A DNA stretch of 62,308 nt, counting the filler, from Sphacelaria rigidula (Eukaryota): the NCBI GenBank assembly GCA_964200075.2. It is 10 parts of 10 records of this genome, joined end to end, with 100 filler letters (N's around TTAATTAATTAA, not from the genome) between each part and the next. Parts side by side here need not be neighbours in the genome. Positions count along the whole stretch, not along the records: positions 49,930 to 56,069 come from CAXNAA020021976.1; positions 56,170 to 62,308 come from CAXNAA020021977.1; 8 more parts are not named here. One strand, given 5' to 3'. Numbering within the stretch: position 1 is the first letter of the stretch; every line of letters begins with the position of its first letter. Shown here one piece after another: positions 51,575 to 62,308 of this stretch. The translations under genes and the position numbers were made by a program. The notes beneath the pieces were generated by a model. The model did not search any database and was not told where the DNA came from. It saw only the letters and a list, made by a program, of their open reading frames with translations.

Positions 51575-53369
51575 GGGTCGATGCGATCCTGGTCCGGCGG
51601 AAACCCGGCGTGCCCCGTCCCGGCCGTGCAGGGATCCAATGTCAATGGTCGCATGACTACGGCATGCAAGATCATTAGTACGTCCCCACCTTCACCCCTC
51701 TTCGGGTAGACCACCAGCTCCTGGTCCCGAATCTCCCGTGCAGTGCCGCTTCACCTAAGGAAATGTGTCCTCCACGCTCTGACCCTGACGCACTCAGAGA
51801 CGGGTCCCAGAGAATCCTTCCCTCGGCCGTTTCGACGTTGGTTTGTCCCCCTGTGGATTCACACGGTAATCTCCAGAAGATCTGAGTATAAGCGTGGCAA
51901 TCCTCAGAGGGAAGGATTGGCGTCGAAACAGTCGAAGGGAGGACCCTCTGGGATCAGTCTCTGAGTGCATCAAGGTCGGAGTTGGAAGACCTCATTCCCT
52001 AGGCTCAGCGATACCACGGGAGAGAGACGGAACTCGGAGCTGGTGGCTTTCTCGGAGGAGAGAACTTAGAACTGTTGCAGGGTTGTGTGTGAACCGTGGA
52101 CGCTGATGACACAGTCCATCTACGAAGGTGCTGGGTCGAGGCCAATGCGAGACTGGTCCGGCGGAATCCAGCGTGTTTCCTCCCGACCGTGTAGGGATCC
52201 GATGTCAATGGTCTCATGGCTACGGCATGCAAGATCATTAGTACGTCCCCACCTCCACCCCTCTTTGGGTAGACCACCAGCTCCCGGTCCCGAATCTCCC
52301 GTGCAGTGCCCCTTCTCTTGGGAGAATATGCCTTTCACGCTCTGACCCTGACGCACTCAGAGACGGGTCCCAGAGAATCCTTCCCTCGGCCGTTTCGACG
52401 TTGATTTGTTCCTCTGTGGATTCACGCGGTAATCGCCAGAGGATCTGGGTATTAACGTGGCAATCCCCAGAGGGAAGGATTGGCGTCGAAACAGTCGAAG
52501 GGAGGACTCTCTGGGATCAGTCTCTGAGTGCATCAGGGTCGGAGCTTGGAAGACCTCATTCCCGAGGCTCAGCGATACCACGGGAGAGAGACGGAACTCG
52601 GAGCTGGTGGCTTTCTCGGAGGAGAGAAGTTAGAACTGTTGCAGGGTTGTGTGTGAACCGTGGACGCTGATGACACGGTCCATTTACGGAGGTGCCGGGT
52701 CGAGGCCAATGCGAGACTGGTCCGGCGGAATCCAGCGTGTTTCCTCCCGACCGTGTAGGGATCCGATGTCAAACGTTTCATGGCTACAGCGTGCAAGATC
52801 ACTACTGCGTCCCCACCCCCACCACTTTTTATGTAGTGCACCAGCTCCTGGTCCCGAATCTCCCGTGCAGTGCCCCTTCTCTTGGGAAAATATGTCCGCC
52901 ACGGTCTGACCCTGACGCACTCAGAGACGGGTCCCAGAGAATCCTTCCCTCGGCCGTTTCGACGTTGATTCGTCCCTCTGTGGATTCACACGGTAATCGC
53001 CAGAGGATCTGAGTATTAACGTGGCAATCCCCAGAGGGAAGGATTGGCGTCGAAACAGTCGAAGGGGGGACTCTCTGGGATCAGTCTCTGAGTGAGTCGG
53101 AGCTTGAAGAAGACCTCATTCCCTAGGCTCAGCGATACAGGGCGAGAGATTCGCGACTCGGAGCTGGTGGCTTTCTCAGAGGAGAGAAGTTAGAACTGTT
53201 GCAGGGTTGTGTGTGAACCGTGGACGCTGATGACACGGTCCATTCACGAAGTGCTGGGTTGAGACCAATACGAGCCTGGCCCGGCGGAAACACGGCGTGT
53301 TTCCTCCCGGCCGTGTAGGGATCCGATGTCAGTGGTTTCATGACTACGGGATGCAAGATCATCAGCACG

Positions 53370-53370
<1 letters not shown>
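51575..53370 (+). repeat. Tandem hairpin-plus-tail element, subfamily A (about 3.2 monomers of 564/564/559 bp) ending in a long C-tract
   Basis: gg(t/c)ccggcggaa at 51591, 52155, 52719 and 53278. Each unit holds an imperfect inverted repeat of about 380 nt. Poly-C runs from 53370 to 53509. Confidence 0.92.
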
Positions 53371-53416
<46 letters not shown>

Positions 53417-53433
53417 CCCCCCCCCCCCCCCCG

Positions 53434-53465
<32 letters not shown>

Positions 53466-53662
53466 ACCCCCCCCCCCCCCCCCCCCCCCCCCCAAACCGC
53501 CCCCCCCCCNNNNNNNNNNGGGGTTCCCCCCCGGCGGGGTAGGGACCCGCGGGCCGGGGTTTCCCCACCCCGGGGCGCCAGATCCTCCGCCCCCCCCCCC
53601 CCCCCCCCCTCGCCCCCTCCTGTCTTCGCCCCGTGTACGTCATGCGCACATCCGACCATCAG

Positions 53663-54079
53663 TATCAGTCCGCGGGATCGTTACACGAGGATCCAGACGT
53701 CCGCGAGCAGCAGATGCTGCAGAAGGCAATCGCGTCGGCAGTGGAGACCGCATCCCCCAGTCCACCCCGCACACGCAACAGGATCACCTCTTTATCGAGC
53801 TCCAAAGTCACGTCTATATCAAGCTCCAAGCCACCGTCGACCAAAGCTGCCGAAGTCGCGCACTCATCATGGTCATCCTCTGCTCCGGTTCAGCGAAGTA
53901 GTCACGGTGCATCGTCATCTTTAAAAGGGGTGGCGCAGCAGACGTCGAACTCCGAAAGTGGGGTAGCGATAACCGTGGAATCCAACTCGTCTCCGCCACC
54001 CCGGCCGGCGCAGCAGCAGCAGCGCACTCATGGCGGCGGACCCGCCCCGGGGTGCTTGTTGGTGTTACACTCCGTGCAG
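53663..54079 (+). CDS. Ser-rich exon of a putative RRM-containing protein
   Basis: cag| and cag|gtgtgg, 139 open codons. UIM-like EQQMLQKAIASA, ending CLLVLHSVQ. Confidence 0.55.
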
Positions 54080-55066
54080 GTGTGGTGACATCGAATCGCT
54101 GTATTTCCTCGTGTGGTGAGAAGATCGAAGTAAGATTGCAATATCAAGTTGGTGAGAAAGTGACGCAAGATTATATCCCTCGAGACTTTTTTTCCTCAGC
54201 AATTATGGAAATGAGATCGGCCGCTAGAAGTGAAGCTGCGCATGATTCCCGGGGTCATCGTTTTCCAGGTGGCCGAATTTCAAGTCAAGTCCTGGAAAAG
54301 GGGAGAGGAACACGCAAATCTTGTAAACCTTTCACGCGTGTGCTGTACTCCCTCATTCGAAGTGTTGGTCTATTCAGAAGGTGGGGGTATATTTGAGCCG
54401 TAGATTACTATGTTGTTCGTGGCCATCCGCGGTATTTTTTCGCAGAGGTAAAAAGGTACACAAGTGTTGGTCGTTCTTCATTGTTTCCGAATTTGGAAAA
54501 TGACCTGACCTGACAATTCAGAGCTCATCGGTTGCGCTTGTGCTCGAGCATATGATGGTGTCGGTGTGGACCCTGAAGCCTGCAGCTCAGTTTGGAAAAC
54601 GGCGATGTGTTCATGTTGATGACGGCATCAAGTCGTTGTGCACAAAGCGAAAGGTATCCAGGGTCCTGCTAGTAGCTGTCATCTTGTTGCCTGTTTTCGT
54701 TGATGTGCGCAGCCGCATCGAAATATGCTTCGCTGGGCGAGCTGGAGGCAAAAACCGCGAACACAGCACGTGCTTTCTAGATGAAACTACAGTGCTTGAA
54801 AGTATGTAGCTATTGCTATCTTTCTAGCGTATGTATCGATTAAACTTAGTTCTCATAGTCTTTCGAGAGAGTCATCACACGCGCACACAGGTATATACCG
54901 TTTACAACCCAGAGTTGGACGAACTGTACGTTCCGTCAGGTTCTCACCTGGCCTGTAATGAACATCTGATATTTCTCAACTTTTTTTTTTTCCATATTTT
55001 TTATTGATGCAAAGGGATGCCCTTCACCTCTTTCATGTGCATTTCAAACTCATATCATCACTTCAG

Positions 55067-55230
55067 GCTGGTTTGGGGCACGATGCCGTTCTGGAGCGCC
55101 TGAGAACGCTCGTTCCTCCGAGGACTGTTGTCCGTGTGAGAGCGGCTACATCGTTGGAGGCGAAGGCGGCGGGGGTGGCACAAACAACCGGTACTCTTGT
55201 TGCGGAGTTCCGCACCGAACTCAACGCCAG
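55067..55230 (+). CDS. Exon continuing a divergent RRM-like domain
   Basis: cag| and cag|gtatgt. The spliced peptide LLVLHSVQAGLGHDAVLERL...VVRVR...GTLVAEFRTELNAR fits a beta-alpha-beta-beta-alpha pattern. Confidence 0.55.
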
Positions 55231-55949
55231 GTATGTTCGGAGCGGGGAGGGCTCGTGTGTTCATTCAAAGTTCATCTTTCGTTGCCTTTGGTAGTGGTGG
55301 TGGTCACGTCTGCGGTTGGTTGTATGGTGAGACGAATGAAAGACGAGGCGGTGCTCCTCGTGGTGGGTCGTCGATGCCATTATTACTTGTAAAAGTAGTG
55401 ATAGTGGTGGTTGTGTAGCACTAGCCGTAGCGGCAGTAGTGGTGGGTATTTGGTGCATGTTGGGGTAGTGTGAACAATTCCAAAATCAAGCAGTGCGCGT
55501 TATTTTTGGTAGTAGTGGCGGTATCAGAAGTCGTGGTGGTGGTGACATGGTGGTAGCAGCCGGGGCAATAGCAGTAATCTTTGATATCAGTCATGGGCAA
55601 CGTAAGTGTAGTTTCGGGACATGACTGACCTTCGCAAGCGCAATGCACCACGATTCATGGCCCACCGATGCATTTGTAGTGTCCGCTTTGTATATGTGCT
55701 CGTAAAGCTGGGCGACTTGATTTCGAGCTCAACGCGTAGACGGATAATCACATGCAAGCTGCTCCAAACAATGGTAGCGCTGGTGATGCTAGTTAGTGCT
55801 GGTGTTGGAGGCGGGGGTGGTGATGGTGGTGGTGGTAGTGGTGGTGGTGGTGCCTATATAGTGGAAATAGTAATGGTGATACTACTGGCAGTTGTAGTGG
55901 CAATGGTGACGGAAATGGTGGTGGGCAAGGTGCCGGCGGGGGAGAGCGG

Positions 55950-56069
55950 GGGGTGTACTCATGACAATGCATGCCGTAGTCATCAGACCATTGACCTCGT
56001 ATCCCTACAAAGCCGGGACGGAGCACGCCTGATTTCGCCGGACCAGGCCCGCACTCAACCACCAAGCGC
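55950..56069 (-). mobile_element. Retroposon 3' tail (same family as 43421-43517)
   Basis: Minus strand reads gcctggtccggcgaaatcaggcgtgctccgtcccggctttgtagggat...catgagtacacccccc. Confidence 0.8.
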
Positions 56070-56565
56070 NNNNNNNNNNNNNNNNNNNNNNNNNNNNNNN
56101 NNNNNNNNNNNNNTTAATTAATTAANNNNNNNNNNNNNNNNNNNNNNNNNNNNNNNNNNNNNNNNNNNNAGATGCCCAGTACCAGTGTACCGCGCAGATA
56201 TCGAAACGGCTTTTAATGTGAAGACAACAACAACAACAACAACATATCACTGCACATTGCTTTTGAAAATCCCGTGGTCCGCAGTCTACCAAAATCACTC
56301 AACCGAGTATGCTTTTGTTATGAGAGGTTTTTGCTTGATAGTTACTAGAAGCACAAAATATTCACGTCGCAGCAATAAACCAGGTAGCTCAATATGCGAA
56401 CTGATGCACCCCGAAGCACGAAATCGTGAGCCCGAGACCCACCGCTGTAACTTCTTGACCGTTTTTTTCTGCCAGTACCATGTCCATGCTGTATGGAGTA
56501 TATTGTATGTGCGCTGTAGACGCTGTACAGCATATTAACAGCGATGAATTCTACACGGAGTGACG

Positions 56566-56722
56566 AAACCCTGTGAAGCGCTCAAAATAATACTCTACAG
56601 TCAAATCCCCGCGAGAAACACTGCACAGTTTCCCTGAAACCCTGTGAAGCGTCCTGTGGGGCGCAAAAAAAGAACTACAGCCAGATCCCCGCGAGAAACA
56701 CTGCACAGTTTCCCTGAACCCT
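56566..56722. repeat. Two-copy local duplication (about 72-80 bp)
   Basis: aaaccctgtgaagcg and atccccgcgagaaacactgcacagtttccctgaa each occur twice. Confidence 0.85.
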
Positions 56723-59194
56723 ATAGACATGCCCCACAGGGTGCTATTTGTCCACGTGTGCATGCTTGGAGCACAGCCCCCATAAAAGATGCGGATTTCG
56801 GTTTCCGAACGAAGGTCAAAATGAACCAACTTACCCCCCCGAATGGTGAAGTATACTGCGTCAAGACGACCCAAAATGCAGCATAAAGTCGTCCGCCCAC
56901 TTTCGCTGAAGCCACAAGCCACCGAAGCTCATTCATGTCTTTCAGTGGACCCACCCGTCCTAGGACACGCATCTATTGTATCGGCACTGGTGGGTAACGG
57001 ACGACCGTTTGTTCTCATTCCCTCATGCAACACAATATCTTTGGCGTCTAGACCGCGAGGGTAGTCCATCTGGACCATGTACACTTTTTTCAAGTAAAAA
57101 ATGAAGCCGATTCAACATATGTATGACCAACCGTCGCGGTCAAAGAGCTAATTAATATCATATTCATCTAATGAAAAGCCATGCTCACGGAACAACAAAT
57201 ACACTTGCGCAGCACGAGTCATTCGTCCGACAAAAGCTGTGGAATCGTGGCAGCCGATAAATCAAGCTCCTCAAACCATGACGAGGTGGTGGACCAACAC
57301 ACGCCTAGCCCGCACTACACACCCGGTGACTATTTGTACTACTCTCGTCTGTGTAAGGGCCGTCTTCGTTGAAGTTCATCAATGCATATGGCTTTGTCCC
57401 ATGTTGAGCGCATCATGTTGACCCAACTTTGATCCGCATCCCCCCAAAACAATGGTTCAGCTTCCTGGTTTCAGTTACCGGCGTTGGGCTACAAATGTTC
57501 ATGGCTGATATTACTTGATTTGAGTGCGTACGATGAGAATCGGAATTTTAGTAGGGATGATGGTCCCGTGTGCTCCTCGGCTGCGTACAACGCGTTTTCA
57601 ATGAAATCGGTGCCACAGGCGCCGATTTGGGGTCTATCAAAGCCTCACTTTCTACAGGGAATGTATCTACCGCCCTTGCCCGAGTGTTCTCGGTGTGCGT
57701 CGGGTTTGTTCAACCCAACCAGCCTCCTTTCATGTCAGGGTATCGCAGGCGCGGCCGAAAAGCGACCCAGTGGCATGTAATAAATGAGGAACAACAACGG
57801 AAATAATGGTAGGGTTCTGATTTTTGAATGCAGTACACTCTTTCTCGACATGAATTTTGGATCCATGCCGTTCTCTCCGATGACGTAAGGCACATTTTAC
57901 CCCACGAGTCTGGATAAGCCCCAGAAGTCGGTCTGTTCGTGTCTGTTCGTACTTTTGGTCAGTGACACTTTTTTGCCCATTTTGGGGGGTCAGGCGCGCC
58001 CATAACTGTGTACCAAACGCATCGTGAGGTATTCGGCGGTACTACCTTCTCACTGCACAGCGGTAGGGTGCAGGGTGACGAAGCACACCGCAGGACGTGA
58101 CATCCTTAGCCTATTCCTGTCCTGCATTGATCTCGCATTGTCCTATGCAGTTCGCCACATCATGAACTCAGTCGCTTGTAACTGCGGCAAAGGTGTAGGC
58201 GGGATATCACGCCACGCGCTACAGTATATCGCTACGTCACATTTTGTAAAGCTGTCCGTCTTGAAGCTACAGCGTGCGTTTGCCCCAAGTGGCGCACGCA
58301 GGAGTGAAAGGCCGCCTCCGCCGCGTAATAGCTGCCTGTATCTTGGGCGAAGCTGAATGGTAACACAGCCGTAGCTGGTGCGCCCACATATACCGAAAGG
58401 TGGAGACGGGCGTCCAGAATAGATAGAAAGACAAAATACACAACACTCTGTATACATTACACTTCCAACATCGTGTTCGTACTGACTGTGGAAATATTTC
58501 GCCCACGGTTGGGTACATTTCCATATATAATGCAGGGTCTGGCACATCTCACTTATAATGTGACGGAGGGTCTGGGACATTTCTACCTGTACATGTATGT
58601 AATATTGTTACTTGGTGGTATCGAGAAACAATCCACAACATCTGGGCGAACTCTAGGTGAGGCGCAATCGCCAAAATATTCACCTGCAAACTCTGCTCCA
58701 GTGCTCTGTAAGTTGGCATCGCTAGAAGGACACTACTATAACAACCTTGCCGGCTGCCAGACTGTCCCAGACTCTCAGGACGTAGGATCCGCTAACATTG
58801 CTACTGTCTGTACGTGGGTGTTGCCCCCTTGTCAGGTACGTTTCGGAGCAGGATTATATATAGATGAAGATCACCCTTCCTAGTACACGAGCACCAAACG
58901 CTGGGGGTTCTCACTCAAGACTTCGATTTGGACAACCATACTACGTAGACAGCGGCAACTGCTGTGTGTCCAGGTGTCCCTTGGAGCAGGATGCGGTTGG
59001 TGTCCGTTTGACAAAGTTATCCCCCAAAAAATGAAATAGATAAGGGTGTCAGACTGGGAAAATCTACCAAAACAAATATCGCAAGGATCCGATCGTAAGA
59101 ATCCCGATGCAAAAACGGAGTTGCGAAAAACCTCCAGTCGATTTTTTTCCGCAGCAGAAACCAACTTCACTTTGTGAAATTGGAATGGCCGATC

Positions 59195-59420
59195 GCCCCG
59201 GTGGCTCAGTTGATAACCTCGAACCCTTCTGACGAATGTATTGTGGGTTCAGTTCTCGGAGCGATCTGGGATGTTTTCTTGCACCATGCCCCAACAGTGG
59301 AGAGCGACCTTGACGTGGGTAGACAAAATTCGACCTCGCGATCGACGAGCGAAAGGGTCTGCTGAATCCCTCTCGCGATAAAAAGTAAAGGAAAGCACCG
59401 CAAAAGGAAGGTGGGGTACT
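59195..59420 (+). mobile_element. Second tRNA-derived SINE-like element
   Basis: gccccggTGGCTCAGTTG (A box) and GGTTCAGTTCT (degenerate B box) with no clean cloverleaf. Confidence 0.55.
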
Positions 59421-59796
59421 AATTACAAATATAAAAGAAGAAGCTCCCGTGTCGATCTTCCTCCTGTGTGACCCCGGCTGCTGCGCTCACACACACCGAA
59501 AGGTGTAGACCGGCGTCCAGAATAGATGGGACGACAACACACACTATTAACATCCAAATACAATTTGCCACTTGTAGGGAAACCTTCGAGTGAAGAATTT
59601 AACTCCATCGTGCAAGAAGTGGCTCGACACCCCCTCCCACACACACACACACTCTCCCTCGCCAACGGTAGCATCAGTCCCTATTCATACACATAAAACC
59701 TGTGGGCATACACACACGGGGTAGACAACCAACGTTCACGGACACAATGCACCCTGATGGCAGGGGCTTGCCAGTCACCAGCAGGGCGGAACATAC

Positions 59797-60650
59797 TGCC
59801 CTGCATCAGATCCAAGGGTATGGGTTTCCGATGTGACGCCTTCATGACTCACCACGAGAACGCGTTCTTCATACTGCGAAGTTTCTCCCGATGTCGCCGT
59901 TTTGCCAAGAGAGCCAAAGGCTGCGGAAACCTTTTTCAGGGTGTTTTCCAAGGTCTTCTTCAAGGCGAAACGTTTGCCGGTGCGCCCTTCGAGTTCCGCT
60001 TCGAGGTCAAGCTGTCTTGTCACGGTCGACCATATCTCCAGTGCAAATTCCTTGGTGATCAAGTTATGCTTTGCATACCCGTCAATGGGCACGACGGGTT
60101 CGTCGTACGACTGCGCCGCCACGGCAGGCTCCCCACCCTCACGCAAGGCCATCGCCATGGCCCACACCCTACGCCACAATACCGGGACGTTTTCGCCGAC
60201 ATTGGGGAACAGGCGTTTACCGTCCTCGTCAAGCCCATCCTCCCCTGCCAGACTGCAGATCTCATCTCGAAGGTGGTGGAGACCTTCCATGCTGTATCCA
60301 GAGGCCTCCACGACACCACACACAGTTAGGGACGGGACTGCCTGCGGTGTACGGTCGGTATGCTGTTCGATAGTGAGTTCCGGCGCCGTGTCAGTGCCCC
60401 ACTCGTCGCGCTTGAGCTTCAAGTGCCCGTATACCTCCTCCTCCAGGAAACTTAGAGCTGCCGCGACCTGGATATCGTCCCCGTCGAAGCTGTCTGCGTG
60501 TGTTGCAACGACGAGGACTGCGCATCCAGGCACTCGGCACAACAAAACGTCCAGCCAGGTGTACAACGCTTCCCCTCGATGAGAAATATCGTTATGGAAC
60601 TTGAGCAGGTCTACGACCAGAAGGTACAGAGCTCCGCTGGTTAAAAAGAA
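59797..60650 (-). CDS. ROCO protein exon: second half of the Roc GTPase and downstream helical region (3' boundary uncertain; frame stops at 59775)
   Basis: ccag|FFLTSGALYLLVVDL...WLDVLLCRVPGCAVLVVATHAD (Roc G4)...FPNVGENVPVLW. Candidate donor gtatgt at 59796. Confidence 0.88.
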
Positions 60651-61190
60651 CTGGTTGTGCATTGGAAGTGCACCAGCACATCGCGCGAATGGAAGAGGGA
60701 CGTAAGTGTAGTGTCGGGAATAGCAGATTCCGCAGTCCTCCCGCAGGCTGCTATCGAAACCAATTCCACACAGGGCAGTCCCCACAGACTTAGGCATGTA
60801 GTGTACTACGGTCAAGGACCAGTAGCCGATTCTGTGGACAAATCCGTCAGTATCAAAAGAAATGTTTACATGCACGCCAAGTGTATGCTCGGATGCAATA
60901 TTCAGCGTGCTCTGCATAACAATATTTTCGATGCGAACACCCCGACATTGTGAACAGCGGTTGCGACTCCAGAAGCTGATACCAAACGAAAAGCAGCTAC
61001 CTCGACGGCTCGTCTCAATGCCTGTACCCAAAACAATTCAACATACAACCAAATTTCTGGAACCTGGGTGACCTACCGGAGCCCAACAACGTGAAAAGCG
61101 GTTCACCGCCGACAAAACTCGGAAACCAACCGTGGCAGTAGCAAATCCTATCAACCCAACGCAAACACAAGACAACCTGGTAGCCCTCAC

Positions 61191-61591
61191 CTGGTGAGTC
61201 GAATAGTACTGGGCGTGTCCCGCGAAGTCCCACATCAACACCTCAAGCGGCTTAGTAGGATTCGGCCTCCATGGCTCAATGTGAACATCGACACCTCGAG
61301 TGCGCTCGCTCTCCGCCGTCGGAGTCGGCTTGCCCTTCCGTAGACCCCTCGCTAGAGTCGTTTTCCCGGCGCATATCGCACCAATCAAAACCATCTTCAA
61401 CCCATGATATGTGGTGGCCCCCGAGCGTGTCAGTGCCTGGTAGTAGCTGACGATTTGTGTCCATCCGCCTTCGACAACCGCAGATGGCGGTTTGATCCAA
61501 GGATTATTGTATACTCTTGTTCCCGTAAAGTTATAACCAATGCCCACTTTGGGTATCAGAGCAAACCTCTCAGCAGTAACCCTGGGTACAC
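61191..61591 (-). CDS. ROCO protein exon: LRR-cap/linker and first half of the Roc GTPase
   Basis: NNPWIKPP..., KMVLIGAICAGKTTL (P-loop), RTRGVDV, WDFAGHAQYYSTHQ. Donor cag|gtgagg. A 540-nt phase-0 intron (60651-61190) gives THQ-FFLT. Confidence 0.92.
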
Positions 61592-62308
61592 CTGTACGTG
61601 TTCACACGAAAATCCAATAGGCAGTACAACATGTTCAAAGCCACCCAGGGGGGTTCAATCATGGTGGTGGTTCCAGTAGAAACCGTGAAAACTGCTTGTT
61701 GTACCGCTGGCGCGATCGGCAGCAAATCGATCCATCAGATAAGTGACGACTGTCGCACAAGAAGTCATGCCCCCCCTCGAGCGTCATTCTTCCTGTAAAA
61801 CATCAATCATACAAGGCGGTCATACACAAACGTTGATTACTTCTGTTCCCAACACCGCAGGCTCCGATGCCGAGGACAGTATCCACATTCCCTTCTACCA
61901 ATACCAAAGGAGTAAAAGAGAAGTGTACCAGGCGATTTGATATCCAAGCAACGTAAGGTGTGGTGAGGGCGAAACATGAATCATCGCGACAGTCAAACAC
62001 CGAAAACATGTCAAATTACGATTTGTAGGGCGGACGTGTCATTATCGGCCCCGAGCAGCACGTCAACCAAGGTATAGTGGTAGTCAAGGAATGGTGCGAC
62101 GATAAGGGGGGTAGACTGAGCTTTGTGATCAAGAAAAAAAGCGTTAAGTTACATTAGTACTCGGCTTTCGAAGTGCATTAATAAAAGACCTGTGCACAGG
62201 GGAGGTGGGGGGGGGGGGGGGGGCTTTTTCCAAAAAGCCAGGCACAGTGGGCACGAAAAAAAAAAGACAACGCCAACAGGGAAAAACCTAAGGCCCTGCC
62301 CCCCAACC

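Noticed and set aside
52095..52135. Hammerhead ribozyme (CTGATGA) in the tandem monomer
   Set aside because: No stem II followed by GAAA in the right place, and subfamily B has actcatgg at this position.
52615..52815. Hairpin ribozyme (AGAA opposite N-GTC)
   Set aside because: Helix 2 pairing is not consistent across copies, loop B is missing, and GTC is GCC in other copies.
53129..53660. Poly-Pro and poly-Gly ORFs (also near 12502 and 18417)
   Set aside because: They are translations of C/G homopolymers in low-quality sequence next to gaps.
55400..55930. Hydrophobic, Gly-rich or His-rich ORFs
   Set aside because: They come from degenerate (GGT/GTA)n simple-sequence DNA.
60651..61031. N-terminal 127 residues of the 418-aa ORF
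   Set aside because: Intron read-through. Splicing 61190-60651 gives the continuous Roc motif THQ-FFLT.
61705..61792. Candidate LRR exon upstream of the Roc exon
   Set aside because: It is 88 nt, does not preserve frame, has a weak donor and shows no LRR pattern.

Overview
This window is not one locus. It is ten unrelated contigs of about 6.14 kb in descending length order (1-6142, 6243-12384, 12485-18625, 18726-24866, 24967-31107, 31208-37348, 37449-43589, 43690-49829, 49930-56069, 56170-62308), joined by artificial 100-nt N44-TTAATTAATTAA-N44 linkers. The DNA is eukaryotic, intron-rich and repeat-rich. The Roc/ROCO gene and repeat content suggest a brown alga or related stramenopile (inference). 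Recognisable genes, all partial, are eIF5B (4 exons, minus), a Roc GTPase (2 exons, minus), an FNR/cytochrome-b5-reductase-like oxidoreductase (6 exons, plus), a putative RRM protein and a Q/A-rich protein. There are also decayed Gypsy and Copia elements, MITEs and tRNA-derived SINEs. The most unusual signal is a family of short retroposon-like tails ending in (A)TGAGTAC(G) that sit against C-tracts, one with a clear target-site duplication. In contig 9 this tail is part of tandem monomers of about 564 bp, each containing a fold-back hairpin of about 380 nt that is kept in two divergent subfamilies. All calls were made by eye, without searches, so most repeat boundaries are approximate.
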